DNA from: Tubulanus polymorphus
Taxonomy: Eukaryota > Animalia > Nemertea
NCBI RefSeq assembly: GCF_964204645.1
Contig: NC_134033.1
Span: 2,066,131 to 2,130,130 of the forward strand
Reading direction: 5' to 3'
DNA: 64,000 nucleotides
Shown here: piece after piece, positions 45,895 to 56,959 of the stretch
How positions within the stretch are numbered: position 1 is the first letter of the stretch
Layout: every line of letters begins with the position of its first letter
The notes under the pieces: model-generated
The model's database searches: none
What the model was told of the DNA's origin: nothing
Seen by the model: the letters and a program-made list of their open reading frames with translations, nothing else
Position numbers and translations under genes: made by a program

Positions 45895-48652
45895 ATCCGC
45901 CTGATCACAAGATAATCCAACTTAATCCACATAATCCCATATTTTCCTTAAAAAACGACCATTAGCCGAATATATTCCCCGTAAATGAACGCGTCGATTC
46001 TGATAAACTCCGCATAAACTCCACGAAAACTCAGAACCAGGAAGTAATATCTGTAGTTTAGCGGAATATCGCAAGGTGGCGGCACGTGACGGTAACGGTG
46101 CCGGCCGCCACGGGTTACACAACGGACCGCGGACCTGGACGATGACCCGGGTCTGAGCATCGACCCAGGGCGCAGCGGGCCGGTTTGCTGATTTCATTTT
46201 GCTCATTCATGGTAATTTTGCTGATATTAATATTTCGAAAATAATATAAAGACTGTACTTAATATTTCAAAAGGTGGAAATGGTTCTGAACTCGAATTGG
46301 AAATCTATCCATGGAAATGTTATTATTGCGTTGCTTTAAAGTTAGTGTTACTTTGTAAATTCTGTTTTGTTTTTCTGGGCATTTTGATGTCTACAAATAT
46401 AAGGGAAATGCACCGAGTATCATCTTTTTTTGACAAAATAAAAGGGCACGCTCAGTCCAAAAATTTGATGAAAGTATCACCAGAAAGAGTCTTGCTCAGG
46501 ATCTGGTTTTCTCGACTTTCGAACTAAACCTCCCATGCACTCGCCTATAGCCGCCCTGGAAATTAAAAACAAACCGCATGAAAAAAAAAAACCAGAACGA
46601 ATCAGACACTGAATTGAATACAATGCGATAATCGATTAAATCGATGACAAGCATTGCTTTTGTACAATTGTATGAAGTAACGAATAAAACTGAACTGAGT
46701 TGAGGGGTTGATTAGAGACAGTCCCAGCAGCAGCGCGTAAACGTGTTGACCAGCTGCACTATATCGACAAACAGCTCAACGTTGATGACAGACGACACAG
46801 TGTGTGCGTGTATGTATAGGTAAGTATATCATATATGCAGTAAGTACTGTTTTTGTATTATGAAAATTTGCATATATTTTTCTGCTGGTTCCAAGTTCCA
46901 CGGTTCTGAATTAAATTCGGGCTCTTTGCAGAGTTAAACATTGAAAATTAACTGATTTTAACTGTGATTTATGTTTTACTCGTAACTGTGGGCCCGGACC
47001 CACGGTAGTAAACTCGTGGAGAAAAGAATGAGAGAGGGGACAGGGAAAGCGAGATGATGGCAGAGAGGAGAGGGTGTGAGCAGAGTGAGACGTGAATAAG
47101 GAGAGAGAGAGAAGGGGAGAGGGAGAAAGAGGAGAGAGAAAGGCGAGGATATGGAGGAAGAGGGAAAGATGAAGAGAGGAGAGAGAGAGAGGGACTGGAG
47201 CAGGGAGAAAAGGAAGAGAAGTAAAGAGGGAAAGGGCAGAGACATGAGCATGGAAGAAAGATTAGCCCTGGATTTGTGAAGGGACTGTTCCTGAAGAACA
47301 TCGCGAAAGATTAGAAAAACTGAACGAATTCAAAAGATTAGAAAAATCCGAATTTCATCAAAAGTTAAATTCGAAAATTAAAAGACACGACGGTTTGGAC
47401 TCTCTCTAGAGACCAGCGTCAGGCGTGACTTGTTAATAGATAAATTACGTTTTCGATGTTTTGAATTAGTTTTAATTCTATACTCAGTGTGTTCGCGTAC
47501 GGCTGCGGCGTCTGCCCGATGGGAATACTAACAACACAATCATAAAATGTTACACGATTGTTTGCTCATAAAAACCTCGTTGCTTGATTCTATTTAGAAT
47601 TAAAAATTTATCCGTATCAATTTTGTGCAAACAACTAAAGCAATGACATATCCGATCATTTATGATGCAGATATTGTCATAGAACACTTGACTGCCTCAA
47701 TTGGTTTTTTTTAAAGTCCCACGATCCTTCAATGAAGAAGTTTCCGCTGCATCAGTTACTAGGCGCCATATTGTTACGGTCCCTCCATGTCTCCTTTTTT
47801 GAAAGATGAGTTTTGATTGAATATCAATTAGCTCTGCATGTCGCGGCCCCTTCTTGTTAAAACATAATTTATATGTAGCATCATTATGAAGAAAATGAGA
47901 TGTAGATTTTTTCTGGCGATTCTTACGTGATTCAATGAAAAGTGAATAAATCGTAAAAATCTTATCACTCTCAGAGAATTTTGTGTAGGAAAAATCGGGG
48001 AATTTGTTACTTTGCGGAAAGTGGCGGCACCCTGTATATATACGTCGAGTTGCAGTGTCGTCTGCCGATGATTTCGAATTTCAAAATAACGGTTAAATCG
48101 CGTGACAATCTACAATCTGAGAAGTAATGTATATAACGCGTACATAATAACCATCCATAAACGATAATAAATTATTCCGTTTTGACGACGGATTTTTCAA
48201 CAGCGAAGCATCATCAGCGTCACAGATAGTTCGTGTCCAGGATCGAGTACAATCTAAACCTTGTTTTTGTAGAGACGCGCCGCTGAAAAATATGGAATAA
48301 TATCAGTGGCGAATTTCCGTGTAAGTATCTCCTTTATTACTCATATATTTCTTTTTTTTTAAATCTTGAAATAGGGATTGACCCGATTATTTATTTAATT
48401 CGAAGATTTCGTTAGATTTTCTGATTTGGTGTCACTTACGAACCCACCTGCCGGGAGCGAAACAGGGGGGGGGGGGTTGATTTCTTTTTTAAAGACTGTT
48501 TGCGTTGTTATTGCTTTACGTCGTCCGGACCTTGGTTAGCCGAGAATAAACTAACCGCCTAAGACTGCTGAACTGATTTTATTTATTGATGACGATATTT
48601 CAGCAAAATTTAGAACTACTCCATCGGCGCATTCGCATCAACGTCAAGAAAA

Positions 48653-50648
48653 ATGCGATTTGGTTTATTGAAACTGACCTTGGTGCTCGTCATGAACTTG
48701 CTGGTCCTCGGAATCATCTTATTACGGTAAAAAAAGAAAAAACGTCGGTTCCTTCAATTTGCAATCATCGATTATTCCAGACATTTTTCAGGGCCATATA
48801 TCTATAGGCCAATACCCGAGATTCTGAAAATTTTAAGCGTTTTATAGATGCATTTCTGGCCAACGCTAGTGAATATAACAAAGGCCACCGAACCATTGGT
48901 GTAATCTAAAAAAAGTTTCTTTGACTAAAAATAGTGGAACTCGGGATCTTGCGTGGGTGCGTTCGCAGCCCCTCCACGGGTAAAACGAGAAGAACACATT
49001 ACCCAGACCACATCGAGTTCAAGCAAAAGCAATTTATTCTTTGTATCACACGAATGAATAAAATTTTACTAACACACAAATTAAAAAAGCAAAACGCCCT
49101 AGTCACTAAAAACGAACCAAATCTCTAAAATTTCTACAAAAAAAAATTCTGGAATTTCATAGCTTTTTCACTCTTTCAGATGACACGAAACAAACAATTT
49201 TATAGCCATTTTCACAAAACTTTGAAAATAACAATTGAATTATAACAATTTCCATAACTTTTCCAGGTTTATCGGGAATTTATAACACGAAGAAACCCCA
49301 ACACGTTGACGTACAAGTTCCACAGAGATTTTTGGAAAACGTTCAATAATATAATTGTTCATATGGGTCCAGTTCCACAGTTCTGAGTTAAGATTTGGCT
49401 CTGAGTTAACACATCGAAAATGAACTAACTTTAACTAAGAGTTAACTCTAACTCACAAATGTCGAACTGGGCCATGGTGTAAAATCTTCTAGCAGAAGAC
49501 TGCGTTCAGAAGAATGATTTTCTGTCCTCTTATAAGATTTCTAATGTTAAAGATTTCTTAAAATTATTTTCAGGAGGCGATCCGAGGTGGCACGAGCGAG
49601 AAAACGCGTTTACTTCTTGAAGGTGTACGAAAGCGGTTCCACTACAGTCGGCGGTGTGCTGGCCCGATACGCCGACAAGCAAAACCTGAATTTCATTTTT
49701 CATAAAATGGATCCGTTGACATACGGCACGTTGATAAGCTGGCCCGGAAGTTGGCTGTTACCGGAAGCTGGTCGGAACGGAGGCGTCGATATTCTAACGT
49801 CGCACATCAAATACGACGAGACGAAATTGAAGACGATTTTGCACTCGGACCCGGAGGAAATCTTATCGGTCGCGATCATTGAGAATCCGTGGAGCCAGTT
49901 CCTGTCCGCTTTCGAAACGTTCAAAGTTGCCGCAGAAATGCCCGATATTGGCTCGTCGCCGAACCCGGTTCTCGAGTATCTCTCGAATTTCGAAAAACAT
50001 CGTTCTCGAATAACGGCCGTTGATCGCAGACGACAACATAGACGGGCTGACGGGAAAAGAAATTACGCCGGGCTTCGGAATTTGCTTATCACACAATTCG
50101 GCGGTTCGGCCGACTCGGCGGGATTTCCCCTTGAACGGTCTTATTTCAACCGATTCGTCGAATTGATAAATCGAGAATTTTCCCTAGTTATGATTCTAGA
50201 GTATTTCTACGAATCGTTAGTGTTATTCAGGCGAATCGCAAATTGGCGATTGGAGGACATTTTATTTCAATCGTTCGCAATCAAAAATAGACGACAAAAA
50301 CGCGGCGGCCGCGATCGTCTGTGGCCGGTTGCCGAGCAACAACTTGAAAAACGCGCCAAAACGATTCACGATCAATACAGCGCAGACGATTACGAGTTTT
50401 ATCGTTATTTCAATCGATCGTTTTGGGAGAAAGTTCGCCGAGAAAACGCCGCAGATTTCTACGCAGAGGTCGACTATTTCAGACACGTGAACGAACGGGT
50501 TTTGAAGTATTGCGACGAGCCGGAGAGCGACGGTCCGTTTCTGGTTTCGGCGTCGCCGTGGAACCTCGATTTCGAGTTCACCAAATACAAATGCGTCATG
50601 TTGAACATGGATATGTTCGATCACATGGAATCAAAACGAAAATATTAA
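48653..50648 (+). CDS. Galactose-3-O-sulfotransferase family (GAL3ST/cerebroside sulfotransferase-like) type II membrane protein, 382 aa, with degenerate PAPS motifs
   Basis: Exon 48653-48726 encodes a signal-anchor (MRFGLLKLTLVLVMNLLVLGIILLR; phase-2 donor CG|gtaaaa), joined to 49574-50648. Family motifs: YFLKVYESGSTT, DILTSH, FSLVMILEYFYESLVLFRRIANW, DYEFYRYFNRSFWEK, terminal C...C. Confidence 0.85.
49365..49473. mobile_element. Harbinger-like MITE family B (TIR GGGTCCAGTTCCACAGTT)
   Basis: Copies at 53562-53666, ~24290-24400, ~950-1160, ~37270-37500 and 10895-10993. Confidence 0.7.
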
Positions 50649-50735
50649 TAAAACAGTTTTCATAAATCAAAAACCATTTTTGGGTCGTACACACATCTAA
50701 AAAACAAAGAGACACTAGATCTACTACGCTGACCT

Positions 50736-50978
50736 AGGGGCGGATCAAGGGGATGTCAGGGTGTCCGGACCCCCCTCAAATTTGAAGTGCGCTCAAAAAT
50801 GTCACCCCAAAACTTTTTGGACCAAGTTTTTCCACCTATGATAGTTTTTTCAACGCATGAAATTACCGAAAGCACCCCCTAAAATGGTGTAGAAGTATCC
50901 AGAGTACGGGGGGGGGGGTACGTGATGTTTCGTAAAAAGTGTCCTTCTTCTCATTGGACAAATCCTAGATCCGCCCCT
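50736..50978. mobile_element. hAT-like MITE (AGGGGCGGATC...GATCCGCCCCT)
   Basis: 11-bp TIR; no clear TSD. Confidence 0.6.
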
Positions 50979-51620
50979 TAGACAAATACTTTGGGCTATA
51001 GGCAAGCTTTTTCGAACAAACTTTTTTACAACATAAATGATTACTGTATCGGTTAATTGATATTTTAAACATTTAACAAAATTTTGTAACGAGCTATAAG
51101 CGAAGACGATGTAACAAAAAATGTAACAAACTGAGCGATCTGCTTCATAAATAACATACGTAACATGAATATAATGCAATGGCTATTGATATCATAAACA
51201 TTTCAAACAAAACAAAAAAAAGAAAATAAAATTTCGTTACGAGCTATAAGCAACTTAATAAAGATGTAACAAAAAATATAACATTCGATTCAGTTTTCAG
51301 TCAGGGTGACTTTATGAAAGCAATAAATAGCTAATTGTAAAACCGGCAACTTTTTGAATTTAGTTAAGGGTATATATTATAATCCCGTCAAATCATGTGT
51401 TAAGCGTAATTGAAAAACGTCGCCGCTGATAAAGGCTCAACACAAGGAAAAACCGGTCGCCTATTCTTTTTCCTTATTCCTGGATGACGAGATTGAAGAC
51501 GTTTTTATTCGCCGTGGCAACCCCCGACTTCGTCGTTTATGCAATTCAGCAACGCAATAATTTGTTTAAAAGTCTAAAAGCGAATTAAGGTTTATGATCC
51601 CTAAAACGCATCACTGATAT

Positions 51621-54182
51621 TTAGTCGTCCAAAAACTGCCACGCGCCGAGAACACCTCCAACAATCATTATCAAATTCATCCCGTCAGCACTGATGGCAG
51701 CACTGTTACAATAGTCGAAATTGTTGCAGCAATGGAATGTGGCTGCAAAGCCATCGGGTGAGCTACTAAAATCTTCTTCTGCGTCAACGCAATAGTGACT
51801 ATTTTCCGTTGGAAAACATCCTCGAAAGTACGTTGATTCATCACGATTGGTAGAACACTATATCCGTGTTGACGCGATGAGGAGAGAATCCCACAATGAT
51901 AATAAAAAGTCCGAAAATGAAACTTCGAGATAGTAGTTTATTTCAACGTTTCGACTATATCCTAATAGTCATCTTCAGGAACTCCTCAATACGTTGATTC
52001 ATGATTTAATTTCTGTAATAAAATAGAGAATTTCGTAAAACACTTTGAACTCTGGCTATTGCCGCTTGAAACGGCCTGCAGGGCGGATCCAGCAGCTGTG
52101 GATACACGGTAATCCGACGCCTAAACTTCGGTACATGAACGCCATGCCGTAAAACGCAAAATCCTTATGGGAGTTTGGGGGCCCTGTCGCTTAAGATGAA
52201 TCGAGGGAGAAGCTCTGGGTCTTCAGTTGCTCAAAGGTTTGTTAAAGATAACTGGCGGATAAATACCGTAGTAACGATGAACTTTTAATTGTCACTATAT
52301 GTCAATTATCCACTGGTTAACTCTAACCAACTTTTGAGCAACTGGGTCTAGTTTCACGAAAAAGTTTAAGCCTAAAACAGTAAAGTTCGAATTGTTGTCC
52401 TCATTGAAAACATGAAATAACCAATGGCAATTACACCAAAAATTTGAGTTTAACTTTTTCGTGAAACCGGGCCCAGGCCCCAGAATTTCAATTTATTTCA
52501 TCCCTTTGAGCGTTTAGATTTGTAGGGTATCTAAGGAATTAAAAGAACCCTATAGCAACCCGTCCGGTCCCTCTTATTGGGCAAGGTCTCGATCCATCCC
52601 TGATACTGATACCTACCACGCATGTATAGTTACTGGGACACGTGACACTCATAACGGCATCCTTGTAGAATTGAAGGTCCTCAGGTGAAGGCTTCAAGCC
52701 GCCATTATTTTCAGATTTCGTGTACATTCCGCGCATGCAATCCTTCCCAGAAAACACCTTCCCGCTGGTGATTTCACTCTCAGCATCGGCTGCTATCACT
52801 CCATCTGAAAACCGAACACGCTTTGATAATGACTAGGGCATCCTTTACCAAAACTCTCGCAGGTGTTTGGATTGGCAGGGGTGTATGCCTACGAACCATA
52901 ATTTTTGATGATTTGAAAATAATTTCAAATGGTAGGCATGGAAATAAACTGTTGAAATTATTTTAATGGAGTATCTTTTCTCTGATTCAAAGTAGTTAAA
53001 ATTTGACTACTAAGCCATTCTTCAATAAAGTGTACAATGAATATAAAAAACGATGGTTCATTTAGACTGCAAAGTTTCACTGGTCGTTTTGAGACCAATT
53101 TGAGGTATGTGCTCCAAGGATTGAGAGAAATGTCCAAAAAAGATTTACGTCAGACAAAAAATAGACTTCTTACCCCTATAAAGTTTTTCATTATACAAGA
53201 TTTCACTTTTAGTTGAATACCTTTGATAATTCCAACAAATCTATTAACAATCGCCGGGCTGAATAAATTATATATTTACGCATTGGTTTCTTATGTGATA
53301 TCGATATAATATTCAATGACAAATACCTAACTAATCAAAGTCCGTTACAACGCCAAAAGTTTTAATGCCAACATTTTTTCAGGGAAGAAATTTGCTCAAT
53401 CTAACTGTAATTAAATGGAAACACCGTCTATTTTATCTCTAAACTCGTTACGACGCCATTTTTAATGGCATGGAACTAGTGTCAAAATTAGAATAGCATT
53501 TTCGTATATACGAGTTATGATAATTCATATGTTTGTACCCTACAACTTTTAAAATCCTGCTTGGTCCAGTTCCACAGTTCCGAGTTAAGATTTAACACTC
53601 TGAGTTAACTCATTGAAATGGAACAAACTTTAACTCAGACTTAACGCTAACTGTGGAACTGGGTCCGGATACGCGCCCTGGGTTCATGAACGCTTGATAA
53701 TTTTTACCAGTGAGAAAATTGCCCTCTGATCGCGTATATTCTCTCCGCGATATCAGACGTTAAAGCTAAATTATTGTTGACAAATACATAGGCCTACACC
53801 ATCCACACTTACGGTCTTCGGCGAATTTCCTCATTTGAGCCATTATTCCGGAATCGTCCTCTTTATTGTACTCACAAGAGACACAGGTCAAACTTGAAAC
53901 GGTCGCCCCTAAAAAAATTAAAATTCACAGGGTCATATATGTATGTAATTCAGCACAAAGAGAGTATTACCGGTACTGCATGAAAAAAAGGTTAATGAAA
54001 ACAGAGTGAATACGGTAGACTCCGTCCCCCTCACAACTCACAAACCCCAGTTAAGTCATACAGCCCGCTGGATGGCTGACTATCACTTTTTCTCCTAATT
54101 CAGAAATATACCTGTTTGAAAGTTTACCTTGAACCAATATGACAAGTAAAACTGCCGCAAACATTATCTGTAACTGATCCAT
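51621..54182 (-). CDS. Ly6/uPAR three-finger (quiver/sleepless-like) GPI-anchored protein; last exon interrupted by an insertion
   Basis: Exons 54182-54128 (signal peptide MDQLQIMFAAVLLVILVQG), 53908-53813 (LTCVSC), 52804-52617 and 52012-51621 (YFRGC...CCNNFDYCN plus hydrophobic tail). Ten cysteines in an LU pattern once 161 bp (the insert plus one TSD copy) are removed. Confidence 0.85.
51842..51989 (-). mobile_element. 148-bp Penelope-like (pLTR) fragment with hammerhead-like motif and 13-bp TSD
   Basis: TACGTTGATTCAT direct repeat at 51829-51841 and 51990-52002. The minus strand reads ttc-CTGAAGA-t-gacta(ttaggata)tagtc-GAAA-cgtt-gaa, then AATAAA. Confidence 0.75.
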
Positions 54183-56021
54183 CTTGTTATCTTTCGTCGA
54201 TTTGTATGTATCCTAGCTGTCGTCTGTCACCTGTATAGAACTGATGTCGTCTGTCTTCGAAGAACTACTGTCCCGTCTGCTCACGCGGAGCGGGTACCCC
54301 TCACACCTCACACACCGTTTGCGCTTGACAACGAGTTCTTAATCTGCAGGAATCTTGCGCAATTTAAGCTTCAATCAATCCACTTATTTGTCAATTTCAG
54401 TGAAACAAAAACTTTGATTTCCTTTCATCAAAATTAATTCCTCCTTGACGCTCAACAAATGTTTCTTGGCAAGAGAGGAAATATGCAGACCATAAACAAA
54501 TCGTAAAAGAGATTTCAAACAGATTAATTATTCTAAAAATTCATCTATAAATACATCGATACATCATAATTAAATTTCGAGGTCAACGCATCTATACGAT
54601 AGATGGCGCATTGGTAAAACGAACATAAATTTTCTCATTTCTGTTTCTTGTTGCTAGACGTTACGGTTGAGGTAGCAGACGGTGGCGGTTCGTACGATTT
54701 TAAAATTCTCAACGACGGAAATCCGACGATAAAAGTTTGTATTATCCACAAAATTCGACAGCGACGACTTATATTTTTTCTCCTGGAAATGAAAATTAGA
54801 AACTGTTAAACAATTACATCTTCACCGCAAAAACCCAGTAGGGGGCGTTTCTTATGCTGGGTCACTGCACGACTGGTCAACAACAAACCACCAAAAATTC
54901 AAATCTCTGAATTTTCAAGAAAATAGAATTCCAGGATTTACCAGGATCAGTGAGAACTAAGAAAACAATTGGTTTTCGGAATGAAGTCAACTTTTTAATT
55001 CTAGCTGAGCTCATAAAAAATGAAAAATAAATTCTCGCATGCTCGAATTTATTTTTCATTTTTTACTCATTCGACCATTCATTCTTTGATATGAACCCCT
55101 ATTATCCCTATTACTAATAGCAATTGAGTTGATAAGCAATATTTCAACTCACTTGCATAATACATTTGCATACATGGCTTCACATACATGGGCAATCCAG
55201 GCACCAATACATCTGTAAATATAGAATAAATATTAATTGTCAGGGTCCGATTTAAGGAGCAAAGGCCACTCGCACGAGGGCAAGTACATCTGAAATTTCA
55301 CCAGCCCCTCAAATATCTTCTTGCCCTACACAGGCAGTCCGATTGGCTGAACAATTTTTGGTTCGGTTGGGAAATAAAGCTTTGAGACATGAAAATGCAC
55401 TAGCCAGAGGCGCCAGTGATTATGACAACCTGCCCTTGTCCCGGGCAATCGGACATGCGCTTAGATCGGAAATCGCTCTTGAAAATTTATTCATTTCGTA
55501 AATCAATATTAAAAAGATTGAATTGTATACATACATTAAGCATAAAAGGTATTTGTGGTTGAAATGTAAATAAACGATGAATTCACCGAGCGGCCCGAGG
55601 TGCTCGCAGGGAATCAGGTCCAGTCTAAACGGGGCTACCTGTAGTAACACGATAAATAAACATAGACAATAAAACAATGGAACTATAAAAAAAACAATTG
55701 AGCAATGTTGAGAATGTGGGTGCTAAAATGAGTCCAGTTAGATTCTATTTGACCCAACACGATAACCCTCTAGACCTTAAACCGTAACCTTTAGATTTTT
55801 TCGCAGTTGAAAAAGCCGCCATTTTGTTTTTTGATGTAACAGAAAAACTAGTCTCGTGGCTCGTGAACGACCATCTATCATCTAAGTTATGAAACACGTC
55901 AACGCTAACGGAATAAATTCATCGCGTTCATTTCTATACTCACGGTGCATATTGCCATTCCGTATATGATCAGGACGAACCATAGAAGTCCCGGACGTCG
56001 AAAAAAATCGAATCCACTGGG

Positions 56022-56230
56022 CGCCGCCATCTTGGATTTCCCTCGGAAAACGCGGAAGTAGATGACGTCATATTGCTGTATTCGGGCTCAGTCGCGTGCC
56101 AGGGATTGGAATCCTGGGACTTCATTTGGCCATGGATAACACCACACGTCGGACTCGTTCAGATAAGTCCGCCGACCGCCAATTCGATATTCCCGAAAGT
56201 AGATGACGTCATTTTGGCGGGATTTCCCCG
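56022..56230. promoter_or_regulatory. GC-rich cluster of YY1-, ETS-, CRE- and E2F-like motifs
   Basis: CGCCGCCATCTTGG (56022), CGGAAGT-aga-TGACGTCA (56053), a second AAGTAGATGACGTCAT (56197) followed by TTTTGGCGGG and TTTCCCCG. Confidence 0.4.
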
Positions 56231-56422
56231 GCATACATGCCGCGTAAAAAATGAAATGTTGTGAAAAATGTATCTTTTCATCGGTCTTTGTATCATTAAT
56301 GAAATGGGTGCACCTTTACTATCCCTTACACAGCAATTGAGAATATATAAATATGTAACGTATTCTCACTCTCTTACTCAAATGTGGAACTACTTTTTCT
56401 GACATTTTATGACATTGACAAT

Positions 56423-56637
56423 GGGGACAGTGACATCGGGTGACATGGGGGACAGTGACATAGAGTGACATCGGGGACAGTGACATAGGGTGACATCGGG
56501 GACAGTGACATAGAGTGACATCGGGGACAGTGACATAGAGTGACATCGGGGACAGTGACATAGAGTGACATCGGGTGGGACAGTGACATAGAGTGACATC
56601 GGGGACAGTGACATAGAGTGACATCGGGGACAGTGAC
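56423..56637 (+). repeat. 25-bp tandem array GGGGACAGTGACATAGAGTGACATC, ~8.5 copies
   Basis: Direct reading; degenerate reverse-complement copies (TGTCAC) at 60036-60118. Confidence 0.95.
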
Positions 56638-56959
56638 CTCTCTAGGATACATCTCCGGGGATATTTTTCCAGCTCCGCATCCCTCCCCCCAAAATGGTTG
56701 AGTTGCATCCAAGAAAACCATGCAGAAATGTCTAGAAAACAGCCAGCCATATGAGTTTTTAAAAGTGAAAATGTGATAATTATTAATCACTATTAGGACT
56801 CAATTATTTATTCCAATCGAATATATTTACATTGAAAAATTTTTCAAAAGTGACAATGTGATAACTATTAATCGCTATTCAAGTAAGTTTCTTATGGTAT
56901 GAATAAGGTATAATATTATTCACAATGGGGTATAGTATAAATGGGGCCGATAGATGTAA

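Noticed and set aside
45922-46206. ORFs as the ATP11 first coding exon
   Set aside because: No P4-ATPase similarity. The 39-nt exon at 45894-45856 has a gtaagt donor in the right phase, so this region is more likely 5' UTR or promoter.
49700-50665. Antisense and shifted ORFs overlapping the sulfotransferase exon
   Set aside because: No recognisable motifs; expected shadows of a GC-richer coding exon.
51680-51761. Plus-strand cystine-knot-like ending (...AMECGCKAIG*)
   Set aside because: It is the antisense of the Ly6 CCNNFDYCN exon, which has a complete minus-strand gene model.
56319-56790. Three overlapping minus-strand ORFs (CHCPRCHS / VTVPDVTL repeats)
   Set aside because: By-products of the stop-free 25-bp array.
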